Source of the DNA: an uncultured Clostridia bacterium
Lineage (GTDB): Bacteria > Bacillota > Clostridia > Christensenellales > UBA1242
DNA: 64,000 nt
Reading direction: 5' to 3'
NCBI GenBank assembly: GCA_944382715.1
Contig: CALWNC010000003.1
Coordinates: 19,856 to 83,855, forward strand
In this document: piece by piece, positions 47,701 to 58,152 of the stretch
How positions within the stretch are numbered: position 1 is the first letter of the stretch
Layout: the number at the start of each line of letters is the position of its first letter
Position numbers and translations under genes: made by a program
The notes under the pieces: model-generated
Database searches by the model: none
The model's input: only the letters and a program-made list of their open reading frames with translations
Told to the model about the DNA's origin: nothing

Positions 47701-48314
47701 CAGATAAGGCAAGATTTAAAGTCGCAGTTGGTTCACATGTTGAACCGGGTGAGAGAATTACAGAAGGTTCAATTAACCCTCATGACATTTTAAAAACTCG
47801 TGGTCCAAAGGCAACTCAGGACTATATGATTGTCGAAGTCCTCAAAGTTTACCACAAAAGTGGTGTTGATGTTAATGATAAGCACCTTGAGATTATTATT
47901 AGACAAATGCTTAGAAAGGTTAGAATTGAGGATTCTGGTGATACAACAATGCTTCCGGGCGACTATGTAGAAATGTTCAAGTTTGAAGAAGAAAATGAAA
48001 GAGTTCTTGCAGAAGGTGGTGAACCTGCTACTGCAAAGAGAGTTCTTTTGTCTATTACAAAGTCATCACTTGCAACTGACAGCTTCTTATCTGCCGCATC
48101 ATTCCAAGAAACTGTAAGAGTTTTGACCGATGCTGCAATTAAAGGTAGTGTTGATAATCTTGTTGGACTTAAAGATAACATTATTATTGGTAAGCGAATT
48201 CCTGCTGGTACTGGCTTAAAGAGATATAGAGATGTTACCCCAACGGAAGTTTTAAATTACTCTGATGACGACTCAATTGTTTTGGGCAAAAACGAAGAAA
48301 ATATCGGAGCATAA
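44745..48314 (+). CDS. rpoC: DNA-directed RNA polymerase subunit beta'
   Basis: Zn-finger '[23 protein letters not shown]', '[16 protein letters not shown]' and '[17 protein letters not shown]'. Confidence 0.97.
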   Translation: MFELNNFDSMQIGIASPEKIHQWSYGEVTKPETINYRTQKPERDGLYCERIFGPTKDWECHCGKYKRIRYKGVICDKCGVEVTRSKVRRERMGHIDLVTPVSHIWYFKGVPSRIGTILNISIKKLEQVLYFTSFIVTDPGTTEFEYKQILNDREYREAVEKYGPKAFKAGMGAEVIKELLSQVDLEKESKELKEELKKSKGQKKLNLAKRLGLIDSFIRTGAKPEWMILDVIPVIPPELRPMVPLDGGRFATSDVNDLYRRVINRNNRLKKLIELGAPEIICRNEKRMLQEAVDALIDNGRRGKPISGAGNRELKSLSALLRGKQGRFRQNLLGKRVDYSGRSVIVVGPSLKMYQCGLPKEMALELFKPFIMKRLVDLNQSHNIKSAKHIVERARPVVWDVLEDVIKDHPVLLNRAPTLHRLSIQAFEPVLVEGGAMKLHPLTCAAFNADFDGDQMAIHVPLSIDAQTEARYLMIASNNILKLSDGEPISVPYQDMLYGIYYLTVEIPGEKGEGKCFADVDEAIMAYETGNCSLHSKVKVRIQKEIDGELKSGLIDTTVGRLILNKVIPEGIGIAKRETPEDMLKNEIEFAINKKQMKKIIKACYVNLGSTKTAIMLDKIKELGYKYSTLASLTANLFDIRVAKDRDKIIEEADVSAALVAKQLKRGLITKEEQSTKLLDIWSNARMKITDETMEAYENNNPLKLMVDSGARGSKDNMCDLSGIRGLMMSTSGKVIEVPIRSSFRDGLSVIEYFIATRGGRKGMVDKALKTADAGYLTRRLVDVAQEVVIDDEDCFATLGEKVKGMEISAIYDEDSMVESISSRISGRYTVDDIVNPETGEVIVGADEMISPEQAEAIEKAGIEKVTIRTVFTCKSKYGVCAKCYGRDMSCRSRVKVGEAVGVIAAQSIGELGTQLTMNVFHGGGTVTQDDITAGLPRVEEIFEAKKPKGVAVISESRGEVTKIDPAKGQVTIMTDDQNEVVYSVPDKARFKVAVGSHVEPGERITEGSINPHDILKTRGPKATQDYMIVEVLKVYHKSGVDVNDKHLEIIIRQMLRKVRIEDSGDTTMLPGDYVEMFKFEEENERVLAEGGEPATAKRVLLSITKSSLATDSFLSAASFQETVRVLTDAAIKGSVDNLVGLKDNIIIGKRIPAGTGLKRYRDVTPTEVLNYSDDDSIVLGKNEENIGA

Positions 48315-48540
48315 AAAATTTCACAATTTATGTGGTTTTTAAATATTATACAAAAAGTATAGTTATAGCAATAAAATAAAAACCACATATATTTTTCTAA
48401 GATTAGTGTTTTGTAATTAATTATTAAAATAATAACAAAAATACTTCTTTTAATAATTGACTAAAAACATTATTAAATCTAGTTTTCAATATAAGCTTGT
48501 AAACTTAAATAAATTTAAATATTAAAATTTAATATTTGTA

Positions 48541-48610
48541 ATAAGAGAGTAGTTTGCTAGAAATAGTTACTGGTCTACATATTGGACGAAAGTTCAGGCT
48601 CAGTATTAAA
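48541..48610 (+). ncRNA. Candidate yybP-ykoY (Mn2+) riboswitch aptamer
   Basis: 'AGAGAGUAG' resembles the conserved GGGGAGUAG element, and 'CAUAUUGGACGAAAGUUCAGGC' follows it. It lies directly upstream of a strong terminator and mntP. Confidence 0.5.
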
Positions 48611-48659
48611 AAACGAGACTTATGATAACAGTTTTTGTTACCAGAAGTCTCGTTTTTTT
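48611..48659 (+). terminator. Leader (expression-platform) terminator upstream of mntP
   Basis: 11-bp stem AAACGAGACTT / AAGTCTCGTTT followed by a T7 run. Confidence 0.7.
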
Positions 48660-48748
48660 GTTTATTGTGTAAAAGTTAGCTAATTTAAAGACAATTAAAC
48701 AATAAAAATAACAAAAAGTGGTAAAAAAGTAGTTTTGGAGAAAAGTAT

Positions 48749-49321
48749 ATGTTTCAGTTTTTATTTACATCACTGGTTCTAGGTGTTGGGCTTGCGATGG
48801 ACGCGTGTGCAGTTTCAATGGCAAATGGCTTTTCAGAGCCAGATATGAAAACCAAAAAAACAATTTTAATTGCATTAGTGTTTGGTCTGTTTCAAGGTCT
48901 AATGCCACTAATTGGATATTTTATAGGGTCAACGGTAATTACATATATTGAAAAATTCATACCTTGGATTGCCCTTATAATTTTGGGATTTCTTGGTGGA
49001 AAAATGCTTTTTGATGCTGTAAAACATCAAGAAAATCAAGAAGAAACAATAAAAGAAAAATTAACATTTAAGGGTTTGATAATTCAGGCACTTGCAACTT
49101 CAATAGACGCTCTTTCTGTCGGAATAACCATTGCTGACTATGCAGTTAGTGAAGCAATAATTTGCTCAAGTATTATAGGGGTTGTTACTTTTGCAATCTC
49201 TTTTGGCTCAGTTTTCATTGGTAAAAAATTTGGAACCAAGCTAGGCACAAAGGCAGAGATATTTGGTGGAATTGTACTAATACTTATTGGCATTGAAATC
49301 TTTGTTACTGGAATTATTTGA
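48749..49321 (+). CDS. mntP: Manganese efflux pump MntP family
   Basis: 'LGVGLAMDACAVSMANG' and a second half-repeat 'LATSIDALSVGI'. Six TM helices in 190 aa. Confidence 0.85.
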   Translation: MFQFLFTSLVLGVGLAMDACAVSMANGFSEPDMKTKKTILIALVFGLFQGLMPLIGYFIGSTVITYIEKFIPWIALIILGFLGGKMLFDAVKHQENQEETIKEKLTFKGLIIQALATSIDALSVGITIADYAVSEAIICSSIIGVVTFAISFGSVFIGKKFGTKLGTKAEIFGGIVLILIGIEIFVTGII

Positions 49322-49504
49322 CAATTACATTTTATTTGTGTTAACCTTTATGTAAATTTTGTAAAATAGTTAGAAAAAAATCAAAAAAACAAAATAAAAT
49401 TTAATATAAAAACTTAAATTAATACACCAAGAAAATTAATTTGAAAATATTTAAATTGTATTTTTTGGAACTATTTTAATTCAAAATAACAATTGAGGTT
49501 AATT

Positions 49505-50635
49505 ATGAAAGAATTTATCTATCCTGATTTTAAAAATAATGTTGTCAATGTTTCAGCAACTCTTGCAGAATTTTTAGGTGTTAAAAATGAAAACCCAACA
49601 TTAGAGATTTTAAAAAGAGAACTAAAAAAGGACTATAAAAATGTCGTCTTTATTTGTTTTGACGGACTTGGAATGTATCCACTTAGAACAAACTTAAAAG
49701 AATCTGACTTATTTTTAAGAGAAATAAAGTGCGTGTTAACTTCAACATTTCCATCAACAACTACAAATGCGACAACATCACTCCTTACAAATACTCTTTC
49801 AAGCACTCATGGTTGGTTTGGTTGGAGTGTTTATTTTAAGCAGTTAAATAAAAATATTGATATATACTTAAGTAAAGATTCGTGGACGGGAGAAATTGTT
49901 GACAGTAAAAAAATTCCACTTTCACGCCTAGAGTATTACTTTGATAGGGCAAATACTGATTATTCCATTTCAACACTTTTTCCAAGTTTTGTGGAGGTTT
50001 CGCACGGAGAAAGAAATGTTGTTTTTCAAACGGAAACAGAATTTTTTAATAGTTTAGCAAATATCTGTAATAGAGAGGGGAAGCAGTTTTGCTATGCATA
50101 CTACCCAGACCCTGACCACACTATGCACAAAGAGGGAGTTAAAAGCAGTGTAACAAAATCTGTCATTGAAAGTTTGCAGAGCAATATGCAAAATTTACTA
50201 GACAAAACAAATGATACCCTTTTTGTAATAACGGCAGACCACGGGCAAATTGATGTTACTGGTTATGTTGAATTTTATAAAGATGAAAAGTTGATGAGTA
50301 TGCTTAAAATCTATCCATTTTTAGATTCTAGGTCACCTGCTTTTGCTGTTAAAGAAGGAATGCACGAGCAATTTGAAAGTTATTTTAAAAGCAAATATTC
50401 TGCAGATTTTGAATTACATAAGGTAGATGAATTAATTGCAAATGGAATTTTCGGAAAAACTGAAATGCTTCCAGAGATTCGGGCTAGACTTGGAGATTAC
50501 ATTGCATTTGGGACTTATACTCACAAACAGGGAATTTTAACTAAAAAGAGCGAGCATTTCAAGGGTCATCACACTTCTGTTACAGAAGAAATGGAAGTTC
50601 CATTAATTCTCTTGAATAATAAAAAATACTATTAA
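49505..50635 (+). CDS. Alkaline-phosphatase-superfamily protein (nucleotide pyrophosphatase/phosphodiesterase-like)
   Basis: 'VFICFDGLGMYPL', 'TSTFPSTTTNATTSLLT' and 'ITADHGQ'. The ATG at 49505 lies behind GAGG. Confidence 0.7.
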   Translation: MKEFIYPDFKNNVVNVSATLAEFLGVKNENPTLEILKRELKKDYKNVVFICFDGLGMYPLRTNLKESDLFLREIKCVLTSTFPSTTTNATTSLLTNTLSSTHGWFGWSVYFKQLNKNIDIYLSKDSWTGEIVDSKKIPLSRLEYYFDRANTDYSISTLFPSFVEVSHGERNVVFQTETEFFNSLANICNREGKQFCYAYYPDPDHTMHKEGVKSSVTKSVIESLQSNMQNLLDKTNDTLFVITADHGQIDVTGYVEFYKDEKLMSMLKIYPFLDSRSPAFAVKEGMHEQFESYFKSKYSADFELHKVDELIANGIFGKTEMLPEIRARLGDYIAFGTYTHKQGILTKKSEHFKGHHTSVTEEMEVPLILLNNKKYY

Positions 50636-50833
50636 AAGTAACCATTATTAATATGTTAGTGTTAGTTTATACACTAGGTATGTATTTCTAATAAAAATTA
50701 AATTAGTAAAAAACTAACTGATTTTTTTGAAATTTAAAATAGAGCTTTTATAAAAACTAATATTATATTGAAAAAGGATAATTAATAAAATTAATTATCC
50801 TATATCAATTCATATTAAATATAATTTCGTTTT

Positions 50834-51319
50834 TTACCAAGTAAACGCAACCACTATAATGACCAAAATGTCCCACACTGCCATAGAATAATCAAACACA
50901 AGGAAATTGTAAACAATCGAGAGTAAACTTGAAGATATATTCATTATTTTAAAGACTTTTTTGTCCTTTTGCAATGCTCCATAAATATATGTTATTCCTC
51001 TTGCAATTAAAAAGAAACTGAGTAGCAAGTTATTTGAAAAGACAATACAAAGCAGAGTGTATAAAATTAAGGTGCTAAATGGAATAATTTTTTTCTTTTC
51101 AAGTCCAAATTCTAAAACTGTAAAACAAACAAGCGAGCGAATAACGCCAACAAGAGATATTAGCATATGGGAAGCGTTTGATAAAATTAAATAAAAAACA
51201 CAAAAGAATAAATTTGAAATTGCATTAAAATAAAGATTAGTTTCTTGCTTTTTTAATATTCTTCCAAAAGTTGTGAAAAAAATTCCCAAACTAAAAGTTA
51301 TTTCTGCAAAAATAACCAT
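50834..51319 (-). CDS. Small multi-pass membrane protein (possibly YgjV-like)
   Basis: 161 aa with ~5 hydrophobic segments. Hairpin GGATAATTAAT / ATTAATTATCC (50773-50801) plus a T-run lies downstream on the minus strand. Confidence 0.5.
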   Translation of the reverse strand: MVIFAEITFSLGIFFTTFGRILKKQETNLYFNAISNLFFCVFYLILSNASHMLISLVGVIRSLVCFTVLEFGLEKKKIIPFSTLILYTLLCIVFSNNLLLSFFLIARGITYIYGALQKDKKVFKIMNISSSLLSIVYNFLVFDYSMAVWDILVIIVVAFTW

Positions 51320-51418
51320 ACTTTCTCCTGCGTAAAATATTTAAAATGTAATAATAGGTTAAATTTATTAAAATTATCACAATTTATCATAATTATGTTT
51401 GTAAAAATATCATATAAA

Positions 51419-52189
51419 CTAATTATCTTTTTTGTCAAGATTTGAGGTAAAGTTTTTATCTAAAAATCTCTCTTTAAGAGTATTTACAGCATTTAAATAG
51501 ATTTCTTTGTCTTGGTCATTTAAATAACCAACAAAATTTTCTGCAACTATGTCAATGAAATTATTCTTTAATACTTGCTCTTTTAAAAAGTCATATCTAA
51601 CATAGTAAAGACAAGCAGTGAGCATTAATGCCCTGTCCATTTTGGTTTTAGGTGAGTATATCCAAAGACGCTTCATTTGTAAAAAGTCACTTAGAATTTC
51701 TTGAGTGTAGCCATCTTCGGTCACTGTCATTCTTTGAGCACCATTTGCCGTATTTAAAATGTTTGCATATGCGTCTGCATTTAAGATAATCTTGTTAAAA
51801 AGTGAAATTCTTTCATTTTCACCTTCATATTGTTTTGTGTGATATTTAACTGCAAGCTTTACCGTTTTTAGATCTTCAGCGTCAATCATTGACAGGTCAA
51901 ATTTGTCGCAAAGCTCATAAGACAATTCGCCATGGTCAACACTTTGCTTGTCGTTATAAGTGTGATACAATTTCCACTGCTCAAATCTTCCAATATCGTG
52001 AAGAATTCCTGACAAGTAGGCGAGATTTCTATCTTTTTCGTTTAAGTTTAACTTGCAGGCAATGGTAAAACAAGTATCTGCAACCGTAAAGGTATGTATA
52101 ATTTTTCTAATTATGTTGTCATCACTTGTATCATATTTTAAGACAAAATCAAAAAATTGATGATTAATATTTTGAACAAAATCTTTCAT
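51419..52189 (-). CDS. HD-domain phosphohydrolase
   Basis: 'HTFTVAD...LSGILHDIGRFEQW' (H...HD motif). Confidence 0.75.
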   Translation of the reverse strand: MKDFVQNINHQFFDFVLKYDTSDDNIIRKIIHTFTVADTCFTIACKLNLNEKDRNLAYLSGILHDIGRFEQWKLYHTYNDKQSVDHGELSYELCDKFDLSMIDAEDLKTVKLAVKYHTKQYEGENERISLFNKIILNADAYANILNTANGAQRMTVTEDGYTQEILSDFLQMKRLWIYSPKTKMDRALMLTACLYYVRYDFLKEQVLKNNFIDIVAENFVGYLNDQDKEIYLNAVNTLKERFLDKNFTSNLDKKDN

Positions 52190-52339
52190 ATTCCCTCAAC
52201 CATAAATTAATAAATTGATTGTCAAATTAACTTTATAATTTAAGTTTATAACAATATACTAATTTTTGCAAATAAATGTAAAAATTATATTTGAAAATAA
52301 TAAATATTATGTTAAAATTAATTTTGTTAGGAGAGATTT

Positions 52340-52732
52340 ATGAAACAAATTGAAGTTGTCGCAGGTGTTATTGAATATAACGGAAAAATACTTTGTATGA
52401 AAAGAGCCAAAGGTAAATATGAATATGTATCTTTAAAGTGGGAGTTTCCTGGTGGTAAAATTGAGGAAGGAGAAACAAAAATTCAGGCACTTAAAAGAGA
52501 GCTTTCAGAAGAAATGGAAATGAGTGTTGATGTGTTATCTCATTTGGTAGATATCAACTATGTTTATCCTGACTTTGAAATGAATATGTATGTATATAAG
52601 TGTATTGCACATAGTGATAAATTTGTTATGAATGTTCATGTGGATTCTGCATGGTTAGAAATTAATCAGCTTAAAAATTTGGAATGGGCACCAGCAGATG
52701 TTGAAATTGTGAATATTTTGCTAAAAAAATAA
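52340..52732 (+). CDS. NUDIX hydrolase (MutT-like)
   Basis: Nudix box 'GGKIEEGETKIQALKRELSEEMEM'. Confidence 0.85.
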   Translation: MKQIEVVAGVIEYNGKILCMKRAKGKYEYVSLKWEFPGGKIEEGETKIQALKRELSEEMEMSVDVLSHLVDINYVYPDFEMNMYVYKCIAHSDKFVMNVHVDSAWLEINQLKNLEWAPADVEIVNILLKK

Positions 52733-53021
52733 ATTAAAATTTTTGCTGAATACCTTACTTTTATTTTTATTCTAGCTCAATTTTTGTAAATAAATGATTT
52801 TTGATTAAAAATTATATTATATCTTTACAAAAATTAAGCCAAAAGGAATTTATAATAAATACCAAAAGTAAAATTTTTATTTATCGTTATACAATACCAA
52901 TATCAAAACTTTAAGCTACCAAATTTTCTTAATATTTTGATTTATAAGTTGTTGAAATTTTTAGTTATTATACAAATATATTGAATAATTAATTTGAAAT
53001 TAAAATAAAAATAAAAAAAGA

Positions 53022-53057
53022 TAGAAAGCTTTAATAATTTTCTATCTTGTAAAAATA
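53022..53057 (-). terminator. Rho-independent terminator
   Basis: AGATAGAAA / TTTCTATCT stem. The A-run on the plus strand is a T-run on the minus strand. Confidence 0.5.
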
Positions 53058-53147
53058 TTTGATTTTAGTTACATTATATACAAATTAAATATTATTAATT
53101 ATTGGATAAATTATGAAAAAATAGAAATTATCAACTGCAATCTTATC

Positions 53148-54053
53148 TTATAGAGTCATAGATTTTTCATTATTAATTCTATTTTGCAAGTCATATGTAA
53201 TTCTATATTTTTTTCCTGAAAGTCCTGTTATTTCACGTATAGGAAGAGTCGCTACATTTGTTAAGTTTTTATCGTATACTTCTGCGGGAAGAGTGTAAGC
53301 AATAGGATTGTATTGATTGTTTTTATCTGGTGGATTCATAACCGAGCAATCAAATATTATCGACTTGTTGTCTAGTTTAAGCAAATTAAATGAATGAATT
53401 TGATTTTCTCCATTATTTGAAATTGTAGACATGATTATTTTTGAGTCAATGCCCAAAAACTTAAAAAGCTGGTGAGCCATACATGCTCTTTCTACGCACC
53501 AAGCTTTTTTACTTCCTCTAAAATTTGATATTTTATTTTTTTCATTTTCATCAAGTTCGTAACCTGGCTTCAAGAGTGCAAGCCTATCAAAGTCATTACC
53601 CTGTACTTTTGCACCACCAATATAATCAAACACTGCGTTACTAACAGCATTTAAAATTTTTTCTGTATCGTTAAAATTTGATATTTTGCTCAGTTCAAAA
53701 GCCAAATTTTCATATATTTCTTTTTCGTCATCAAAGTAATAACTGTATGTAGGCCAACCATTTGATATTGTGATTGAAACGTCATTAGGGTCTAAAAAAA
53801 AGTCATATGCACGAATTGTAAAGTCATTTTCACTTCGTGGCGGAACTATATATTTTGAATAGGTTTTGTCATTTTCAGGCAAATAAATTTTATTTTTAGT
53901 AGTATTTCCACTATTTACAACTGCGTTTGTTTTGATTGCTTGAAACTTGTTTTTATATTCTTCTTTTTCTTTTAAAATACGCTCTTTAATAATTTGATCA
54001 AGATTTTCTAAAGATTTAGAATTTATCATATCAAAAATGAGTTTTTTGTCCAT
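53148..54053 (-). CDS. Hypothetical protein with a transglutaminase-like Cys-His-Asp core
   Basis: 'KKAWCVERACMAHQLFKFLGIDSKII...NQIHSFNLLKLDNKSIIFDCS' matches the C...(GI)...H.[FW]...D spacing of the transglutaminase-like / papain-fold core. Confidence 0.45.
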   Translation of the reverse strand: MDKKLIFDMINSKSLENLDQIIKERILKEKEEYKNKFQAIKTNAVVNSGNTTKNKIYLPENDKTYSKYIVPPRSENDFTIRAYDFFLDPNDVSITISNGWPTYSYYFDDEKEIYENLAFELSKISNFNDTEKILNAVSNAVFDYIGGAKVQGNDFDRLALLKPGYELDENEKNKISNFRGSKKAWCVERACMAHQLFKFLGIDSKIIMSTISNNGENQIHSFNLLKLDNKSIIFDCSVMNPPDKNNQYNPIAYTLPAEVYDKNLTNVATLPIREITGLSGKKYRITYDLQNRINNEKSMTL

Positions 54054-54204
54054 ATTGTCCTCTTAAAAATATTCTATCATAAACTTTAGAATAAATCAAT
54101 ATTGACATAAATTTTTATGGAAAACTCAAATTAGAGATTGTTAACATATTAAGTTGTTTGAATTAATATGGGAAAGCATTATAAGCAATTATAGTTTGAA
54201 ACTA

Positions 54205-54239
54205 CAAAAAAAAAGATATTAACTAATTGCTAATATCTT
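54205..54239 (-). terminator. Rho-independent terminator after the 470-aa gene
   Basis: AAGATATTA / TAATATCTT stem. The A9 run on the plus strand is a T-run on the minus strand. Confidence 0.55.
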
Positions 54240-54280
54240 TATTGTTTATATTTTTTTAGTGAGTGTAGCTTACTGAATTT

Positions 54281-55693
54281 TTAGTTGCCTTTTTCAAAAC
54301 TGTTTATTGCATTGCTAAGTTTTTCTCTTGCATTTGCAGACTCATCAATATTTTGCTGATGGGCAACAATTTCTTCTTCCTTTTGTTCAATTTTTCTATC
54401 TTGAATTTTTTCGTATGTTCTGTGCCCAGCAACTTTTCTACGAAGTATACTTGTAAGCGATTTTGATAAGTTTTGCTTCTTTTGGTTGATTTCTTCTGCC
54501 ATGTCCGGTCTTGCACTTGCAATTTCATCGAGTTTTGCTTCATAAGAAGATACACCATCAAAGAGTTTATCAAATTTATTGTTCTGTTCAATTGACTTCC
54601 AAAACCTGTTTGCCGGTTTTTCGCCCTTTAAAAGTGCAATTAAAACTCTGTTAACATCTTCGTCAATTTGAAGTCCTTCTGAAATGTTGACACCAGCAAC
54701 TACATTTTGGTTTAATCCTGAGCCGTATTTCATTGCCTTTATTCCAATTGGGGAAGCATCTAAAACTCTGTGTGGGTCAGAGAACTTTTTATAGCGTTTG
54801 CCTTCATGGTATAAAACAATGCCATTATTTTTTCTTGAACGATTTGCAATAACTTCTCCAAGAGCATTTGGCTTTGAAATCTCAGAGTATTTACCACCAG
54901 AAACATTTTTACCATTCTTATTTAAAATTTCTTGCTTGCCATTTGTGTGAGTAACTTTGTAGTTATCTTTATCAAATCTTGTAATATCATAGTAAAAAGG
55001 ATTTGTCTTTTCAAAGTTTGCAGGTAAAAGAGAATAGACATCTCTGTAAAAGGTTTCTTGCCCGTTTAAATAATCATTGTCCTCTTTAACAGATGTTGCA
55101 ATTCTAACCCCATTTTCATCTGGAGAGGTGATTTTTCTAAATTCTTGATAAATTTCAGTTCCATCTTTATTAATTATGTAAACATTTGAAGTATTTGCAT
55201 CAATGGCAATTCTAAGACCATTTTTGTTCACAGTGGTTAGCATTTTAAAAAGATTAGAAATCTCTTTGTTTGAGTTAATTAAAAAGGTTCTCTCAGTTTC
55301 TCTATTACTGTGAACATCATTAGTTTCATCTTTTGTTATATTATAATCTCTTGTGCTAATTTGATTTAAAAATACTTGGGTAACTCCATTTTCATCAGCA
55401 GTGGCATAAACTTCTTGATTTTCTGCCTTTTCATTTGCTGAAACTCTTGGAAGAATTTTGCCACTAGCTTGACCATTTTCTTTCGTAAAGTAATATAGTA
55501 TGCCATTATTTTCAAAAAGTCTTATGCCTTCTATTTGTTTAGAAATCCACTCACATTCAGGTGAAACGATATTGCCCTTGTCATTTACTAGTACAAATTT
55601 GCCATTTCTCTTTTGAGCAAGTCTAAATAAAACTTTGTCGTCATTTGCTTTGCTTTCTATTTTTGAAAATCTTAAAAAGTTAAATAAATTCAT
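54281..55693 (-). CDS. Hypothetical 470-aa protein: N-terminal 'NG' beta-repeat region (WG-repeat-like) and C-terminal coiled-coil tail
   Basis: Recurrent 'NGKFVLVNDKGNIV', 'NNGILYYFTKENG', 'KNGLRIAIDANTSNVYIINKDGTEI', 'ENGVRIATSV', 'TNGKQEILNKNGKNV' and 'NNGIVLYHEGKRY'. AGGAG lies 7 nt before the ATG. Confidence 0.55.
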   Translation of the reverse strand: MNLFNFLRFSKIESKANDDKVLFRLAQKRNGKFVLVNDKGNIVSPECEWISKQIEGIRLFENNGILYYFTKENGQASGKILPRVSANEKAENQEVYATADENGVTQVFLNQISTRDYNITKDETNDVHSNRETERTFLINSNKEISNLFKMLTTVNKNGLRIAIDANTSNVYIINKDGTEIYQEFRKITSPDENGVRIATSVKEDNDYLNGQETFYRDVYSLLPANFEKTNPFYYDITRFDKDNYKVTHTNGKQEILNKNGKNVSGGKYSEISKPNALGEVIANRSRKNNGIVLYHEGKRYKKFSDPHRVLDASPIGIKAMKYGSGLNQNVVAGVNISEGLQIDEDVNRVLIALLKGEKPANRFWKSIEQNNKFDKLFDGVSSYEAKLDEIASARPDMAEEINQKKQNLSKSLTSILRRKVAGHRTYEKIQDRKIEQKEEEIVAHQQNIDESANAREKLSNAINSFEKGN

Positions 55694-55777
55694 AAATTGT
55701 CTCCTTTATTAGTCAAACCAAAACAATTTGTAAAGTTTGATATTTTTTCAAAAAGGTAAATTTTATTTTGTCTTAAT

Positions 55778-56167
55778 CTAGTAATTAAAATCAATATCAT
55801 AGTTAGCATTTAAAAAGGCAAGCAGTTTAATTGTCTCACTATCAAGGGAAAGGTAAGGTTTGTCAAGCATTTTTGTAAAAACAATATAAAAGTAGCATTC
55901 TCCCTTCCATTCTCTTAAGATTTCTGGAATTGCTTTAAAATTGTCTTTAAGCGAAAGTAAAAATTCTTTAAAAAGCTTATCAGTATAAAAACTTTTAAAT
56001 GTATCTGTTTTATAGAAAAATTTTGCAGTTTTTATTGGGCCTTTAGATTCACTTAATTTAACAATTTTTTGAGGTTTTAAACCGATTAATTTTTCTAATT
56101 TTTCAACAGGTGCATCACTTTCAAATGTAAGTGACAATTCAAAATAAAATTCGTTTTTAGTATCCAT
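55778..56167 (-). CDS. DUF4279-like small protein
   Basis: 'FYFELSLTFESDAPVEKLEKLIGLKP...' and the C-terminal '...YFYIVFTKMLDKPYLSLDSETIKLLAFLNANYDIDFNY' match the layout I recall for DUF4279. The start is ambiguous (56167, 56179 or 56197). Confidence 0.45.
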   Translation of the reverse strand: MDTKNEFYFELSLTFESDAPVEKLEKLIGLKPQKIVKLSESKGPIKTAKFFYKTDTFKSFYTDKLFKEFLLSLKDNFKAIPEILREWKGECYFYIVFTKMLDKPYLSLDSETIKLLAFLNANYDIDFNY

Positions 56168-56186
56168 ATTCACTCTCATTACACTA

Positions 56187-56381
56187 TTAACATTCAAAAA
56201 ATTGGTCTTTGCTCATACCCGTATCTACAAATAGCTTTCCCGATTTACCCAAAATAGTTATTGTGTCTTCATTGTAAATGTCATAACTTGAAAGATTTTT
56301 GCAACTGAACTTTTTTACTTCATGTGCATCAATGCCATTATTTTTTTAAAAATATTCTGTAAATTTTTTAAACCCACTCAT
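56187..56381 (-). pseudogene. 64-codon reading frame interrupted by an in-frame TAA at codon 12
   Basis: Minus-strand ATG at 56381. The frame reads 'MSGFKKFTEYF*KNNGIDAHEVKKFSCKNLSSYDIYNEDTITILGKSGKLFVDTGMSKDQFFEC*'. The TAA at 56348-56346 sits inside a T/A homopolymer context. Confidence 0.35.
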
Positions 56382-56406
56382 AGTGTATACCTTTTTATAT
56401 AATTAT

Positions 56407-56434
56407 ATTATAATAAAATTTATTAAAATTTCAA
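56407..56434 (-). promoter_or_regulatory. Promoter candidate for the minus-strand accessory cluster
   Basis: On the minus strand: TTGAAA (56434-56429), 16-nt spacer, TATAAT (56412-56407). It lies between the eno terminator and the small ORF. Confidence 0.4.
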
Positions 56435-56453
56435 TGAAAAAAAATATTTTCAA

Positions 56454-56487
56454 TAAAAAAATCTGTAGTAAATTGTTTCCTACAGAT
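56454..56487 (-). terminator. Rho-independent terminator after eno
   Basis: ATCTGTAG / CTACAGAT stem. The A-run at 56455-56460 is a T-run on the minus strand. Confidence 0.6.
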
Positions 56488-56505
56488 TTTTCTTTTTTAT
56501 GAAAC

Positions 56506-57813
<1,308 letters not shown>

Positions 57814-57959
57814 TTATCTCCTTTTTATAATGACTAAGATTAGTTTAAAACATTGTTTAAATGTTTGTCAAGCAAAAAATATTGTTATAAATAACAATAA
57901 ATATAAGCTTATGAAAATTAAGTTTTTAAATAATTAACCAAAAAAAATTTTATATTTGG

Positions 57960-57988
57960 TTGACAAATAAATTTTGTCAGTGTAGTAT
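57960..57988 (+). promoter_or_regulatory. Promoter candidate for the aspS operon, overlapped by a 7-bp inverted repeat
   Basis: TTGACA (57960-57965), 17-nt spacer, TAGTAT (57983-57988). TGACAAA (57961-57967) and TTTGTCA (57973-57979) form an inverted repeat. Confidence 0.4.
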
Positions 57989-58124
57989 ATAATATATTAA
58001 TAAAGGACAAATGCTGAGATTATGATTTTTGTAAATATTAACAATAATAACAATAATAATTCAAGCAACTTCACAAATTAATTGGTGGGTCCTTTTGTTA
58101 TTGTAAATTTATTGTAAGAAATTT

Positions 58125-58152
58125 AGGAGCAGGGAAACACCTGCTCCTTTTT
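58125..58152 (+). terminator. Intrinsic terminator/attenuator inside the aspS leader
   Basis: Perfect 9-bp stem AGGAGCAGG / CCTGCTCCT, 6-nt loop, T-run. No plus-strand gene lies upstream, so it must act on the leader transcript. Confidence 0.7.

Noticed and set aside
58060-58125. Possible T-box element ('AATTAATTGGTGGGTCC') before the aspS leader terminator.
   Set aside because: Only the GGTGG core resembles the T-box. I found no convincing Stem I, K-turn or specifier loop, and no antiterminator pairing with the terminator 5' arm. The leader (~130 nt) is short for a T-box. It is kept only as a hypothesis to test with a covariance model.
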